Origin: Octopus bimaculoides
Lineage: Eukaryota
Direction: 5' to 3'
Length of the DNA stretch: 56,178 nucleotides
Assembly: GCF_001194135.2 (NCBI RefSeq)
Contig: NC_068990.1
Coordinates: forward strand, 1,893,838-1,950,015
Numbering within the stretch: position 1 is the first letter of the stretch; each line of letters begins with the position of its first letter. A model generated the notes under the pieces. The model worked only from the letters and a program-made list of their open reading frames with translations. It was not told the origin of the DNA and did not search any database. The position numbers and the translations under genes were made by a program. This document shows, one piece after another, positions 14,164-25,477 of this stretch.

Positions 14164-14194
<31 letters not shown>
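14148..14194 (+). repeat. (TTTA)n tract forming the 3' splice region of exon C
   Basis: About 11 TTTA units run directly into the AG acceptor at 14195-14196. Confidence 0.95.
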
Positions 14195-14195
<1 letters not shown>

Positions 14196-14196
14196 G

Positions 14197-14265
14197 CTTC
14201 AATTCTTATTTGCACTCGGATCCATCTTACCGGGAACTCAACTTCTCTGCAGAAAACCAAAAAAC
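14197..14265 (+). CDS. CFAP65: CFAP65-like exon C (phase 2-2): (C)FNSYLHSDPSYRELNFSAENQK(T)
   Basis: Acceptor (ttta)n-ag and donor AAC|gtaatt; 69 nt. Matches recalled LNSYLERDPTPCELTY. Missed by the ORF track, whose 13936..14415 ORF is in another frame. Confidence 0.85.
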
Positions 14266-14649
14266 GTAATTCACATTGTTTTTATTTTCCTTCCCCCCCC
14301 CCCCCACTCTTCTCTGCCACCAATATTAATGGCTTTGTTGCTAGGCAACTATGCTACCGATTATTCCAAAGAGAAAATAAACTATCTGTCAAGTAGTGGT
14401 GAGTTGATATATTAACTTTTATATTTTGTGAATAGTTGAACAAAAGCGGCAGTGGTTGGCAATTTCCAGCTGGACGACCATTGGTTCATTTCTAACAGGA
14501 GAGAGTGATAGGTGTAAATGCAAATATTGTAAGACTACCCTTTGAAAATAGCAGAAACACTTGGTCATTTGGTTGTCCTGAGGAATAAGCATATCCACAT
14601 CTATCTATCTACCTACCGACCTACCTACCTACTCACATACCTAACTATC

Positions 14650-14694
<45 letters not shown>

Positions 14695-14704
14695 NNNNNN
14701 NNNN

Positions 14705-14749
<45 letters not shown>

Positions 14750-14836
14750 GTTCAGATATGTATATAATGGGCTTTCACAACTTCCCATCAAATTCTCCCA
14801 TACAATATTGAACCATGTGATACATTCTGATTTGAC

Positions 14837-15144
14837 TGGCACTCCATCAGTTACAAAAACAAGGATTCCAGTTGATCCAATCAATGGAACAGCCTTCTCG
14901 TGAAATTAATGTGTAAATGGCTGAATAATCCACAGACATACATAACCACAGGGAGATTAAGCATGACACAGAGTGTGACAAGGTTGGCTCTTTTGAATTA
15001 CAGGTAGAACTAATTTTTGCTAGATAAGAGAACTGGAGCAATGTGAAATAAAGTGCCTTGCTCAAGGACACAATGCCCTGCCAAATATTGAACTCATGAC
15101 CTAATGATCATGAGCCAAGTACCATAACTACTAAACCATGTGCC
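14837..15144 (-). mobile_element. SINE family C, near full length
   Basis: Reverse complement of the copies at 37112-37398 and 55215-55330; tRNA-like head with gagttcaat box B. Confidence 0.85.
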
Positions 15145-15159
15145 ATCATTAGATTCTGA

Positions 15160-15388
15160 TTAACCCTTTCGTTACTGTATTTCTTTTGAGATGGTCTGTG
15201 TTTCTTTTAATTATTTTAGGTATAACAAAGAATTTAGTAAAATAACTTCGTTAGCATTAAGATAGTGTTAGGAACATAAACTGTGACTAAGGTTTGGTGG
15301 AAGATTTTGATTCAGAAGTTTTGAGAACAAGACATTTATACTGCAGAGCTAGAGGTGTTTTCAGTCAGGTTGGTATCGAAATGGTTAA
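15160..15388. mobile_element. piggyBac-type MITE (TTAA-flanked)
   Basis: TTAACCCTTTCGTTAC ... GTATCGAAATGGTTAA inverted ends (14/16 including TTAA). TTAA target and CCCTTT start are piggyBac hallmarks. Confidence 0.8.
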
Positions 15389-16106
15389 GAAAGGCAGTAG
15401 AGACAATCCTTGAATTTGAATAAATTTAGTCTAATTCAGAATAAATTATTGTGGAGAGTATTTGATGTTGGGCAGTACAGTGCCAATATATTTATCTTGC
15501 TTGAAATTGTAAACTCATTTCCTTCATTAATAAATTGAAATTGAAACAACAACATTTTCCGAAAGTTAAACAGAATAAAAAAAGTAAAGAATAAAATAAC
15601 TGCTGCTTTCAATTGGAAATAAAATGAATTCATAAACTTCAAATGTAAACAAACTATATTTGTTACAAAAAATGAATGTAGCTATAAATCCACTAACTTC
15701 TATAAATTTCTAATTTAGTACTTTTATTTTAAATCCAAAAAATAAATTGCAGTTTCCAAGCCTCTGATATTCAAAACATCAAAATCTGAAGCTTGTTTTA
15801 AAAACGGATATAATAATAAAGTCAGAAGGTTGTTTTAAAACATTCTCTTGCATAATTGTTACTATTTATATGCATGTTGCATTACAAATAACTATAGTTG
15901 TCAATGATTGAAAGAAATTCAGTTACTATTACACTATAACAACATGTATGTGGACACTAACTAAGGTGCAAGCATGGCTGCATGGTATGAAATTTGTTTC
16001 CCAACTACATGGTTTTATGTAGCATGTTGGCCAAGTGTTTTCTGCTATAGCTCTAGACTCACCAAAGCTTTGTAAGTGGATTTCAAAAACAAAAACTGAA
16101 AGAAGC

Positions 16107-16155
<49 letters not shown>

Positions 16156-16204
16156 TACACACACACATATATATACATAAATATGCATATATATATCTAG
16201 GGTG

Positions 16205-16345
16205 GGTAAAATTCCCGAGATCCATGGATGAGTTCTCTTCAGTGGTCTTTGCCCCTCATCATCGCTGCCGTGTGCTGTGTCTCTCAGAGACCAGTGTCTG
16301 TCCCTAGGGCATCAACATATGTCGTCCTTGGTCTCCTTCTTCTAG
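16205..16345 (-). mobile_element. Decayed RTE-clade LINE 3' fragment
   Basis: Minus strand reads RRRPRTTYVDALGTDTGL*...AAMM..DH*RE, the same motif region as 5030-5245. Confidence 0.7.
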
Positions 16346-16393
16346 TGTGTCCTTGTGTTATGTATGTATATATGTATCTATCTATCTATTTAC

Positions 16394-16425
<32 letters not shown>

Positions 16426-17112
16426 GTATGTGTGCGTGAGTGTGTGTGCATGCACAGATTTGCATATATTCATGTTCCACCACTGCTTGACAACCAGTGT
16501 TGGTTTGTTTACATCCCTGTAACTTAGTGTTCAATAAAAGCAACAGATAGAATAAAAACCAGACTGAAAAACAATAAAAGTACTTGGGTCGATTTATTTA
16601 ACTAAACCCTATAAAGCAATGCTCCACTATGGCCACAATCCAATGACAAACAAGTAAAAGATAAAAAAGTTCATTTTATATCTTTTTATGAAATTCTACA
16701 TTACACTTCAAACTACATGTTTTTAATATGATATTAAAAGCTCTTAAGATTTGTGATATTTTAAGATCCAGTAATGTACGAAGAAAACAAAGCAAAAACA
16801 ATTTATAAAAAAACAAACAAGCATTTCTAATTTTGGTTTGTAATCATTAATGTTGATATTTCTGACCTTCATTAGTTTAAAGAATAGACAGAAATGCTGA
16901 AAAGGAAATTAATCAGAAAAACAAACAATATAAAAAAAAGTGTCTGTTGATTCTTCAGTGGATGGATGGTTGAATGAATAAATGAATGAACAAATGGATA
17001 GATGGGTTCTTGGATATTATTGGTGCAAAATATCAAGATGATCAAATATGCTTGCTTATATGAAGTTTACTGAGAGTTTGATGTGTACATCTCATTTTCC
17101 TTGTATTCACAG

Positions 17113-17241
17113 AACAGACAAATTTCCAAATTTTGAAACTGAAGCTATTGTTGATTTCGACTTCGCTGCAGCTGCACTTGGAAGTCCCTCTTCAGAGTTC
17201 ATCATTAAGTTCCAGAATGATGGTATCATTCCAGCTGAATG
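17113..17241 (+). CDS. CFAP65: CFAP65-like exon D (phase 2-2): TDKFPNFETEAIVDFDFAAAALGSPSSEFIIKFQNDGIIPAE(W)
   Basis: Acceptor ttttccttgtattcacag and donor ATG|gtaagt; 129 nt. Matches recalled LDFNFGAAPFKAPPSVVFLALKNSGVVSLDW. Confidence 0.92.
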
Positions 17242-17393
17242 GTAAGTTAAGTTCAAACACGGACATGCAACATAAAACAAAAGAAGAAGCACAAACTGTT
17301 GGCTTACCGACAGATAAACATCATCTGTATGGAAACGTGTATAGATAAAACTATGCATATACATGCATGAACATATATACACATGTGTGTGTG

Positions 17394-17430
<37 letters not shown>

Positions 17431-17986
17431 NNNNNNNNNNNNNNNNNNNNNNNNNNNNNNNNNNNNNNNNNNNNNNNNNNNNNNNNNNNNNNNNNNNNNN
17501 NNNNNNNNNNNNNNNNNNNNNNNNNNNNNNNNNNNNNNNNNNNNNNNNNNNNNNNNNNNNNNNNNNNNNNNNNNNNNNNNNNNNNNNNNNNNNNNNNNNN
17601 NNNNNNNNNNNNNNNNNNNNNNNNNNNNNNNNNNNNNNNNNNNNNNNNNNNNNNNNNNNNNNNNNNNNNNNNNNNNNNNNNNNNNNNNNNNNNNNNNNNN
17701 NNNNNNNNNNNNNNNNNNNNNNNNNNNNNNNNNNNNNNNNNNNNNNNNNNNNNNNNNNNNNNNNNNNNNNNNNNNNNNNNNNNNNNNNNNNNNNNNNNAA
17801 AAGACAACACGAAACCGGTTATTTCTCAAAATACAATGTTTATATACCAAAAAGATTTTATAACATTTTTTCTGACATAATTTAAATATATACTTTAACC
17901 ATGTAACACAAGCCTTCTGTAGTTTTTTCACTCTTATTATCTTTTATACATCCAACCACGTGCTTTCACATACCAACTTTCTCACC

Positions 17987-18020
<34 letters not shown>

Positions 18021-18451
18021 TACATGCATTACCTGGGGTGTCAGTAGACATCACAGAACTAGTTGACAAATGACAGTGTTGGGATTACCATAAATTCATT
18101 CCATGCCATCAGCATGGAAAATGGATGTTAAATGATGATGATGATGAAGACTGATATTGCTTGTGCCAATATGTATTTTTGATTAGTCATAAGTTATTTC
18201 GCTCTAGATTTATCCCTTCTAACATTTTAATGATTTTTTTCTATGGATTCTCAGATGATTTTGCATAATCAAAAAAACCCTATTGCTCTTTAGTACCCAA
18301 GACTAAAGAAACAGCAATCTGTACAATATTCAAACTCGTGTCCTGCTTCCTTACAATTCATAATGTGACGGTTGTTGTAATATTGTGGAGGAGAGATAAA
18401 ACTTGGAAAAGCACTACTTGATTTCAGAAGATGGAAAAATGTATTGCAACT

Positions 18452-18640
18452 GATCATCATTTAACGTCCGTTTTCCATGCTGGTATGGGCTGGACAGTTT
18501 GACAAGAGCTGACCAGCTGAAGGGCTGTTTATGTTCCATGTCTGTTTATACATGGTTTCTATGGCTAGATGCCCTTCCTAATACCAACCACTTTATGGAG
18601 TGTACTGGGTGCTTTTATGCAACACCAGAATGAGTGCTTT
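18452..18640 (-). mobile_element. Retroposon 3' tail (catcatttaacgtccgttttccatgct...gatgcccttcctaa), family E
   Basis: Same sequence at 26152-26460; short opposite-strand copy at 18100-18145. Confidence 0.75.
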
Positions 18641-19004
18641 TTCACCTGCTATTGTTCTGATTATTGTTCTGATTATCAATCAGTGATTGATTTTATCAAT
18701 TACTGATTGACAAAACCATAATTATAACTGAAACAGTAGTATGAGACAGAGAGGTCTGAGCATGCATAGAAATTTTCTGCTTATGTTACCTACATGTGGA
18801 TTTTGGAAACACTGACAATGAGTAAGTAAGGTAACACCAATAATGCATTAAATATTTGATGAGTAAATGGCAGATAATCCTGCAGATACAGACAAGAAAA
18901 AAAAACAAAATAAAAAGAGATATAAAAATCACCTAGTTTCTAGTAAAGGAACAATATTTGAATAGGGGTCTCTTCTCCTCTTTCAGTTTCCTATTTCTTT
19001 ATTG

Positions 19005-19224
19005 CCCACAAGGGGCTAAACATAGAGGGGACAAACAAGGACAGACAAAGGGATTAAGTCGATTACATTGACCCAGTGCATAACTGGTACTTAATTTATC
19101 GACCCCGAAAGGATGAAAGGCAATGTCGACCTCGGCGGAGTTTGAACTCAGAACGTAAAGGCAAATGAAATACCTCTAAGCATTTCGTCCGGCACACTAA
19201 CCACTCTGCCAGCTCACCGCCTTA
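19005..19224 (-). mobile_element. SINE family A, relatively young (CpGs retained)
   Basis: tatcgaccccgaaaggatgaaaggc...gtcgacctcggcgg...ctgccagctcaccgcc. Confidence 0.88.
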
Positions 19225-19789
19225 TTCAGTTTCTGCTTGGATGTAACACCATTAGACAACATGTTAAACTAAACTGGAATCAGATAAAAATGCTGAAGGA
19301 TGACTCACTGCCTGCTTAATGAATCTGCTCATTATTGCTGTTACTTTGCTCATCGCTAACATTTTTATGATCCACATGCTGGAAACATTATTAGAAGACC
19401 GCCTTGGAAGCTTAGACCACTCTTGTTTTTACACTATGGATTATGTTATGATTTTTTCAATTAGCAATTGATATTTACAGCCATATGATTGTTTGAAATA
19501 ATCCCCCCCCCCAATACCACTACCACCACCATAGGAGCATGGGGCTATGACCTTGTGCTGTTGATGACAAACAGCTAAAAATAGTCCTACAGACAGTACA
19601 AGGGGTTAGTAGAAAGTTGGTATGAGATTCTGATAAAACTGCATCAAGACAACTCTGAAAAAACGATAATAAATTACAAAGACTAATTAATTTTAGCTTT
19701 TTCACTATTTTGTGGTTTCTCTTTCCTCTTCACTACTGTCTGTTATTTCAGATTCTGTTTTGCATCAAGATAAGAGAAGTAGTCCAGAC

Positions 19790-20100
19790 TCAGACGTACG
19801 AATACTTAGCGATCAACAAACTAGACGCAAGAGAACAAGCATACAAATGAGAGAAAAAAAAAATCAGGAAAAATATTATTGACTCGTTAGATCTACACTT
19901 AAAACAGCCAAATGTAGAAGTAGGCATCAGTGGTCTAACAATAGTAATAAGTTTACTTATAATTCTCTGACCTGGACACTAAATAAATGAACAAGGGAAC
20001 CAGATAGAAAAATAAGAAAACTAATGACATTTAGATTACACTACTGAAAATATGACATTGACTGATTACATGTACCTGGAATGTAAAAAGGTAAAGAGCA
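19790..20100 (+). mobile_element. Decayed R4/Dong-like LINE reverse transcriptase C-terminal remnant
   Basis: Broken frames read YEYLAIN, EKYY*LVRSTLK and WT...DRKIRKLMT...HY*KYDID*LHVP. This follows the YLG / YYRRVR / WT..LDRKxRKxMT..HHPKxDVDRLYVPR pattern of R4-clade elements. Confidence 0.65.
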
Positions 20101-20865
20101 ACATGTAAGTTAAACAATATATCAAAACATCTACTTAGAAGTAGAAAAAATCTGGTAAAGAAATATGTAAAATAGTAATGGCTATAAAACATTAACAAAA
20201 CTGTTTTCTGACTCTAAAGAAGCCAATGAATATAAAACAGTGGCTGAAATAACAGAAAAATGTGAATGAAAAAGAGCAATAATAAAAACTAACTGTGATA
20301 TAGCCAGAAACTAAAAGTAGAGCTGATAAAATTGACAGGAAAGGAAGAAACAATGAAACTAGCAACAGTAGTTGAGAACTTCGATTCTTGACTTCAAGAC
20401 TTCCTGTCAGAAAACCAAAATTCCTACACTTGAATGGAATGTAGAATATGTGAAGTTTGGGAAATAAAAATTACCAAATTTGCTTCCACTTCCCAGTTTT
20501 AGTTGAAAAGAAATATGTCTACAGATATTTCATACAGTATACATTTTCCTGTGTATATGTACTGGGAAGTCCCAAAAAATCATTGACAGGAGAATATCAT
20601 CAAATTTACTCAAAACTGTTTGACTGAATATTCTCTTCTTTTTCTTTCCTTTTTTTCTCTCCTTTTTTTCTGTCTTTTTCTTTTTGCCAGTTATAAAATT
20701 GAAACTTAGAGACTGATGATGTCATTCCATTAATGTATGGATGTGGGTTGCTCTCATTCATACTTTAGATCAGAATTTCTATAATTTTGAATTCTTATCA
20801 CTTTTTATTTTGAACTGAACAAAAACAGGCTCGTTGTTGAAATATTATTATTATCAGCAAAGGTG

Positions 20866-21053
20866 GCAACTAGGGCAAAATGCTGAGCAGTATTCCATCT
20901 GTCTTCATGTTCTGGGTTTAAATTCTGCAGAGGTCAGCTTTGTCTTTCATCCTTTTGGAGTCGATAAATTAAGAACCAGTGAAGCACTGGGGTCGATGTA
21001 ATCAACAAGTCCCCTCCCCAAAAATTTCAGGCCTTGTGCCTTTATTAGAAAGG

Positions 21054-21103
<50 letters not shown>
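20866..21103 (+). mobile_element. SINE family A with long (TTA)n tail
   Basis: Core tgtctttcatccttttggagtcgataaattaagaaccag; tail agaaaggattatta(tta)n. Confidence 0.85.
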
Positions 21104-21104
<1 letters not shown>

Positions 21105-21774
21105 TGACATTTGAGTGTCTCTGGCAAATTTCAACTATATCAACTCCTAGACCTCTGTGTTGCTAAGTTATGTGTGGCATTGTTTGCCCTTGTTTTTTTT
21201 TCGTTTTGTTGTTGGTCGTGGAATACAAATCCTTCTCACTACTGCATCAGTTTGTGTTGCTATTTCATTTGGTTGCAGTCTTTTGTTCTATCAGTGTTTG
21301 TATTGTGTAATGTGTGTTCTCTTGAGAATCCAACCTGCAGAGTACATGTTGTGGGGGGGGGGGGTATTTTATTTGATATCTTATTTGATATTTTACTGTC
21401 TTGTGTTTGTGGATTGTTTTATCTGGGTTGTGCTATTGAATTGATAGTGTCTTGCATAAGATATGGGCTGTTTCTAGCAGGGTTATTTTTTGGATAGTGT
21501 GTAGTGTTGACGGTCAATTTATGTATGTTTTCTGTTCACCAGTTAGCAAGCATGGAAGTTCACGTTTCCAACACAAATTTTCTATCATAAAACACAGACT
21601 AAACACTTCACCTTTTTTTTTTTTTTTGTCTTCCTATGCCAGGAAAGGAAGGAACATTGCAAGTGAAAGATGTCACCCATTTGAAATAACCTAATGCTTT
21701 TCATTAAAAATATCATTTCATCAGTGTCGATAGTTCATCATTAAATAATAAATAATCCAAATTCTTATTTTTAG

Positions 21775-21859
21775 GGACTTCCTTTTTCCTGATGACCTGA
21801 CCATGGAATTGGAGCCCTGGGCTGATACAGGACCAGCTAATGATGAAGAATCTTGTCTG
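21775..21859 (+). CDS. CFAP65: CFAP65-like exon E (phase 2-0): (W)DFLFPDDLTMELEPWADTGPANDEESCL
   Basis: Acceptor ttcttatttttag and donor CTG|gttagt; 85 nt. Matches recalled [29 protein letters not shown]. Confidence 0.9.
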
Positions 21860-22070
21860 GTTAGTTGTTGAATCTGTGAATTTATGCATTTATGTCTACC
21901 TCTGTATGTATGTACGTGTGTCTGTGTGTATGTATGCATTTCTGTGAGAATATAATTTCTTTTTCCCTGATTACAGTTTTGTATATTCTGTATTTGATTA
22001 CATGATATATTTTGATGTTGCTTAAATACAGAGCTCGTTTTCAATATCAAACTCCCCCTCCTCCCCCTCC

Positions 22071-22175
22071 TAATGATGATAGACAAATTTGATAGACATA
22101 TACTGAAATAAGTCTGTCATAGATGTGTCTAATGATGATAGACAGATACTGAAATAAGTCCTTCATAGATGTGTC
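22071..22175. repeat. Short tandem duplication (about 47-59 bp) abutting a SINE B tail (22190-22382)
   Basis: taatgatgatagaca...atactgaaataagtc..tcatagatgtgtct occurs twice. Confidence 0.85.
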
Positions 22176-24170
22176 TTTGTATTTGAGTTTGTCTCCCACC
22201 ATCACTTGACAACCAGTATTGGTTTGTTTACATCTATGTAACTTTGTGATTTGGCAAAAAGAGACTAATAGAATAAATACCAAACTTTCAATAAATATAA
22301 GGGTAGATTCGTTTGACTAAACCCATCAAGTCGGTGCTCCAGCATGGCTGCAGTCAAATAACTGTTTCAAGTAAAAGATAAAAGATGTGTGTTAGTGTTC
22401 ACATGTACCCACACATTAACACACACACAAACACACACACACACACATTGCAAAGACGGCTTCCTTAAACCTGTGTTGTTTTTCATATTAGCATGTGTAG
22501 TGAGGCCTTTTGTTATAAAGTTTTTCTAATTAGAAGTCAATATTTACAGCTATATATCTTAAAATAGAGGCAAGATTCCAGGATGTCTCTTTTAAAATCT
22601 AGTTTTGCCAGTTCACATTAGTTTTTCCTGAAGCTGCACAATACCAATATACTCAAGAATCAACTTTATCCCATTCACGGAGGTGTAAACACCAAAGAAA
22701 AGGCTGGTGTTTTTACTATTACAACGAGTCATACATATCATCTGACAAATGGAATTAAATAATCTTTGTTCAGTTGATCTGGTGACGTTTCTCAGTTAAT
22801 GTTATTATTTCTTGTTGTCTCACTAGGTTTGCCACATTCTAATATAAGCTGTAAAAATGATTCTATTATAACAAAAGAATTGGAAAGAGCATGCAATTAC
22901 ATTGCTGCTCAATCTAACGTATAGTTGTTATTCTATAAAACATACACTTAAAACATTATTGTATACAAAGGGGATAAGTAATACATCAATGAATGTAAAT
23001 TCAATGTATTGCCTATGGTGGGAAAAGGAAAATTATTAACATTTTGAGCATTGTCTCTTTTTCAAAATAAAGAAAAGAGACAAGAAAGAAAGAAAGAGTG
23101 CTGTTACTAAGGAGTCATGGTAATAATGGGCAAAGAGAATGAATAAGTATGTGGTTTAATTAGTTGTGAGCCGAGAAAGATGGTGACCAGAAATGTTGGA
23201 TACACATAGAAAAGAAGAGAAAGCAACAGCAGAGATTGTGCTCATATGTGGACACTAAGTATGTATGTGTTGACATTAGATATGGATTGTGAGCACAAAA
23301 GTGTGTATATGTGGATACAAAAATACTAATTATATGTAGGATGAGTGCAGCGATTGAGTAGTGGGGCTTTTTAATGCTGGAGTATTAAAAAGATAGCTAG
23401 AGATAATTGTGCTGTGAGTAGGAAATAATGATACATATTAACAATTAATTTAATATCATTTTTGTTATATCAGCAGTTAAGGAAATCAATATGTTTCAGT
23501 ATTATTAAGGCTTCATCAGCAAAGCATGACTTTCAACAAGTTTATTGAAGTTGTTAAAAGAACGATAAAGTGAGTGTATATTTTTTGGCATAAACAAGCA
23601 GAATCGATTTCAGAATAACCAAATGACAGCATCCATGTAGAATACTGATAGCTAGGTTAATGTTAGCCTAATTAATGTATGAGTATTAATAAACATTTCT
23701 TGAATATATTTTGGTGATTGGATCAGAAATCATAAAACAGACCTTGCTGAATTTTATTGGAGTTGATAATAAAGATTATTAGTTACAAGTATTGTGACAG
23801 ATATGTTACTTATATTAACATATATTTAATCTTCATTATAAGAACATATTCAATAATTCAGCGTAAATTACATATATTAATGAGATAGAAGTAAGCATTG
23901 TATTTTATCATTAGAAACCTGATAGATTTCAAGGATTTTGATGAATTTTCTTTGGTTTTGGGGTGATTAATTATTAATAATCTAAGTATGTATACACACA
24001 GACACACACACAAACATAAAAATTCATAAATGCATATGCATATGTATGTATGTGTATATGTAAATATGTATGTTTTTATATATATNNNNNNNNNNNNNNN
24101 NNNNNNNNNNNNNNNNNNNNNNNNNNNNNNNNNNNNNNNNNNNNNNNNNNNNNNNNNNNNNNNATATATA

Positions 24171-24389
24171 TGAGGGGTGGAGCTGAGAAGTTACTAGCTT
24201 TAAGGGTATCATGAAAGACCTGGCTAGAAGCCAAACATTTGAGTTCTTTTACAGGGCTTAGGAAATTGAAGGACAGGTGCAATAAGTGTATGAATCTGAG
24301 AGGGGAATATGTTGAATAAAATCATAATTAACTGATCCTCCAGTATTTTCTTTTGCCCAAATCTAGGAACTTTTCAGCACTGCACCTCA
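24171..24389 (+). mobile_element. Internally deleted mariner element
   Basis: 27-bp TIRs with 21/27 match (TGAGGGGTGG..CTGAGAAGTT / AACTTTTCAG..CCTCA) after TA. The interior encodes DRCNKCMNLRGEYVE*, matching the mariner transposase C-terminus RWxKCIxxxGxYVE. Confidence 0.8.
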
Positions 24390-24410
24390 CATGTGCATGC
24401 ATGCATACGA

Positions 24411-24484
24411 GGTTTGAACCAGTTTGAACTGGTTTGGATCTGTTTGAACTGGTATGAACCAGTTTGAACTGGTTTGGACCGGTT
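24411..24484. repeat. 10-bp minisatellite (GGTTTGAACC/AGTTTGAACT), 7 units
   Basis: Units are exactly in register from 24411 to 24480. Confidence 0.95.
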
Positions 24485-25356
24485 AGTATTAGGGTTTGAT
24501 GTTTTATGAAGATGTCTGATGAAGATGTGATGAAGATATGGTGATTTTTTATGAAGTTGTTTGCTAAAAATGTTAGATGAAAATGTTTGATGAAGATGTT
24601 TGTGGAAAATGTTTGATGAAAATGTTGATGGATGTGACTGGTCTGACACGGTTTAAACTGGTCTGCAAGTTCTTCTTAAGATTTAAAGGATGATGAACAA
24701 AATAAGATGCTTTCCTGCACAACCTTGCTACCAAGTAGGTGGCCAGTCAAAATTTATTGTAAATTAAAAAAAAGAAAAAGAAGAACATACAAGTCTACAT
24801 ACATGCATGCATATATGCAAGCAATTTACACCGGCAATGTGAGATGTTGAATTGAGATAACAAGAGAACCTAAAATGATGGAATTCTATTGATTGAAATC
24901 AAAAAAAGACATACATCTAAATTAGTAAATGTTATTTGTAATTGTTTTCCTAAAAATCATGTTATTGTATGGCATTATGCTATTACCTTTAAATAATCAT
25001 GCTTCAAGCTGGAGAGGCCCATTAATCAGTCAATCAACCAGCTAGAGATACCAGCCAACACTTCTCTCTTTCCCTCCTACTTTATCTCTGTGTGTTTCTG
25101 GAAGAAATTAGCTGAGGTAAGATCTGATGATAGATGGGTTTAGATGCCAAAGACATGCTGTATTTATGATGGCACTCATATTTCTCTATCAGGAGCTGAG
25201 AGCCAAAGTAAAGCATGATGAGAGTATTTGAATAGTAGAAACAGTTAGGTATTAGTCCTACACTCCTATAGTCTGAGTTCAAATCCTCTCATAATCAAGT
25301 TGATGTTTCATCATTGACAATTAGATAAAATGCTATTGTTAATTTATGTTGTTTAG

Positions 25357-25477
25357 CCATGTAAGTCCTGAAAAGTCCATGTAAGTCCTGAAAAGTCCAT
25401 GTAAGTCCTGAAAAGTCCATGTAAGTCCTGAAAAGTCCATGTAAGTCCATGTAGATCCTGATAAGTCCATGTAAGTA
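25357..25477 (+). repeat. 20-bp minisatellite GTAAGTCCTGAAAAGTCCAT, 4 perfect units plus degenerate units
   Basis: Perfect units at 25361-25440, followed by a half unit and a diverged unit. Confidence 0.97.

Noticed and set aside
14345-14399. Alternative exon ending in G|gtgagt downstream of exon C
   Set aside because: The acceptor is weak, there is a stop in the required phase, and it has no CFAP65 similarity.
25357-25477. CRISPR-like regular repeat
   Set aside because: Units are directly adjacent with no spacers, the context is eukaryotic and there are no cas genes.
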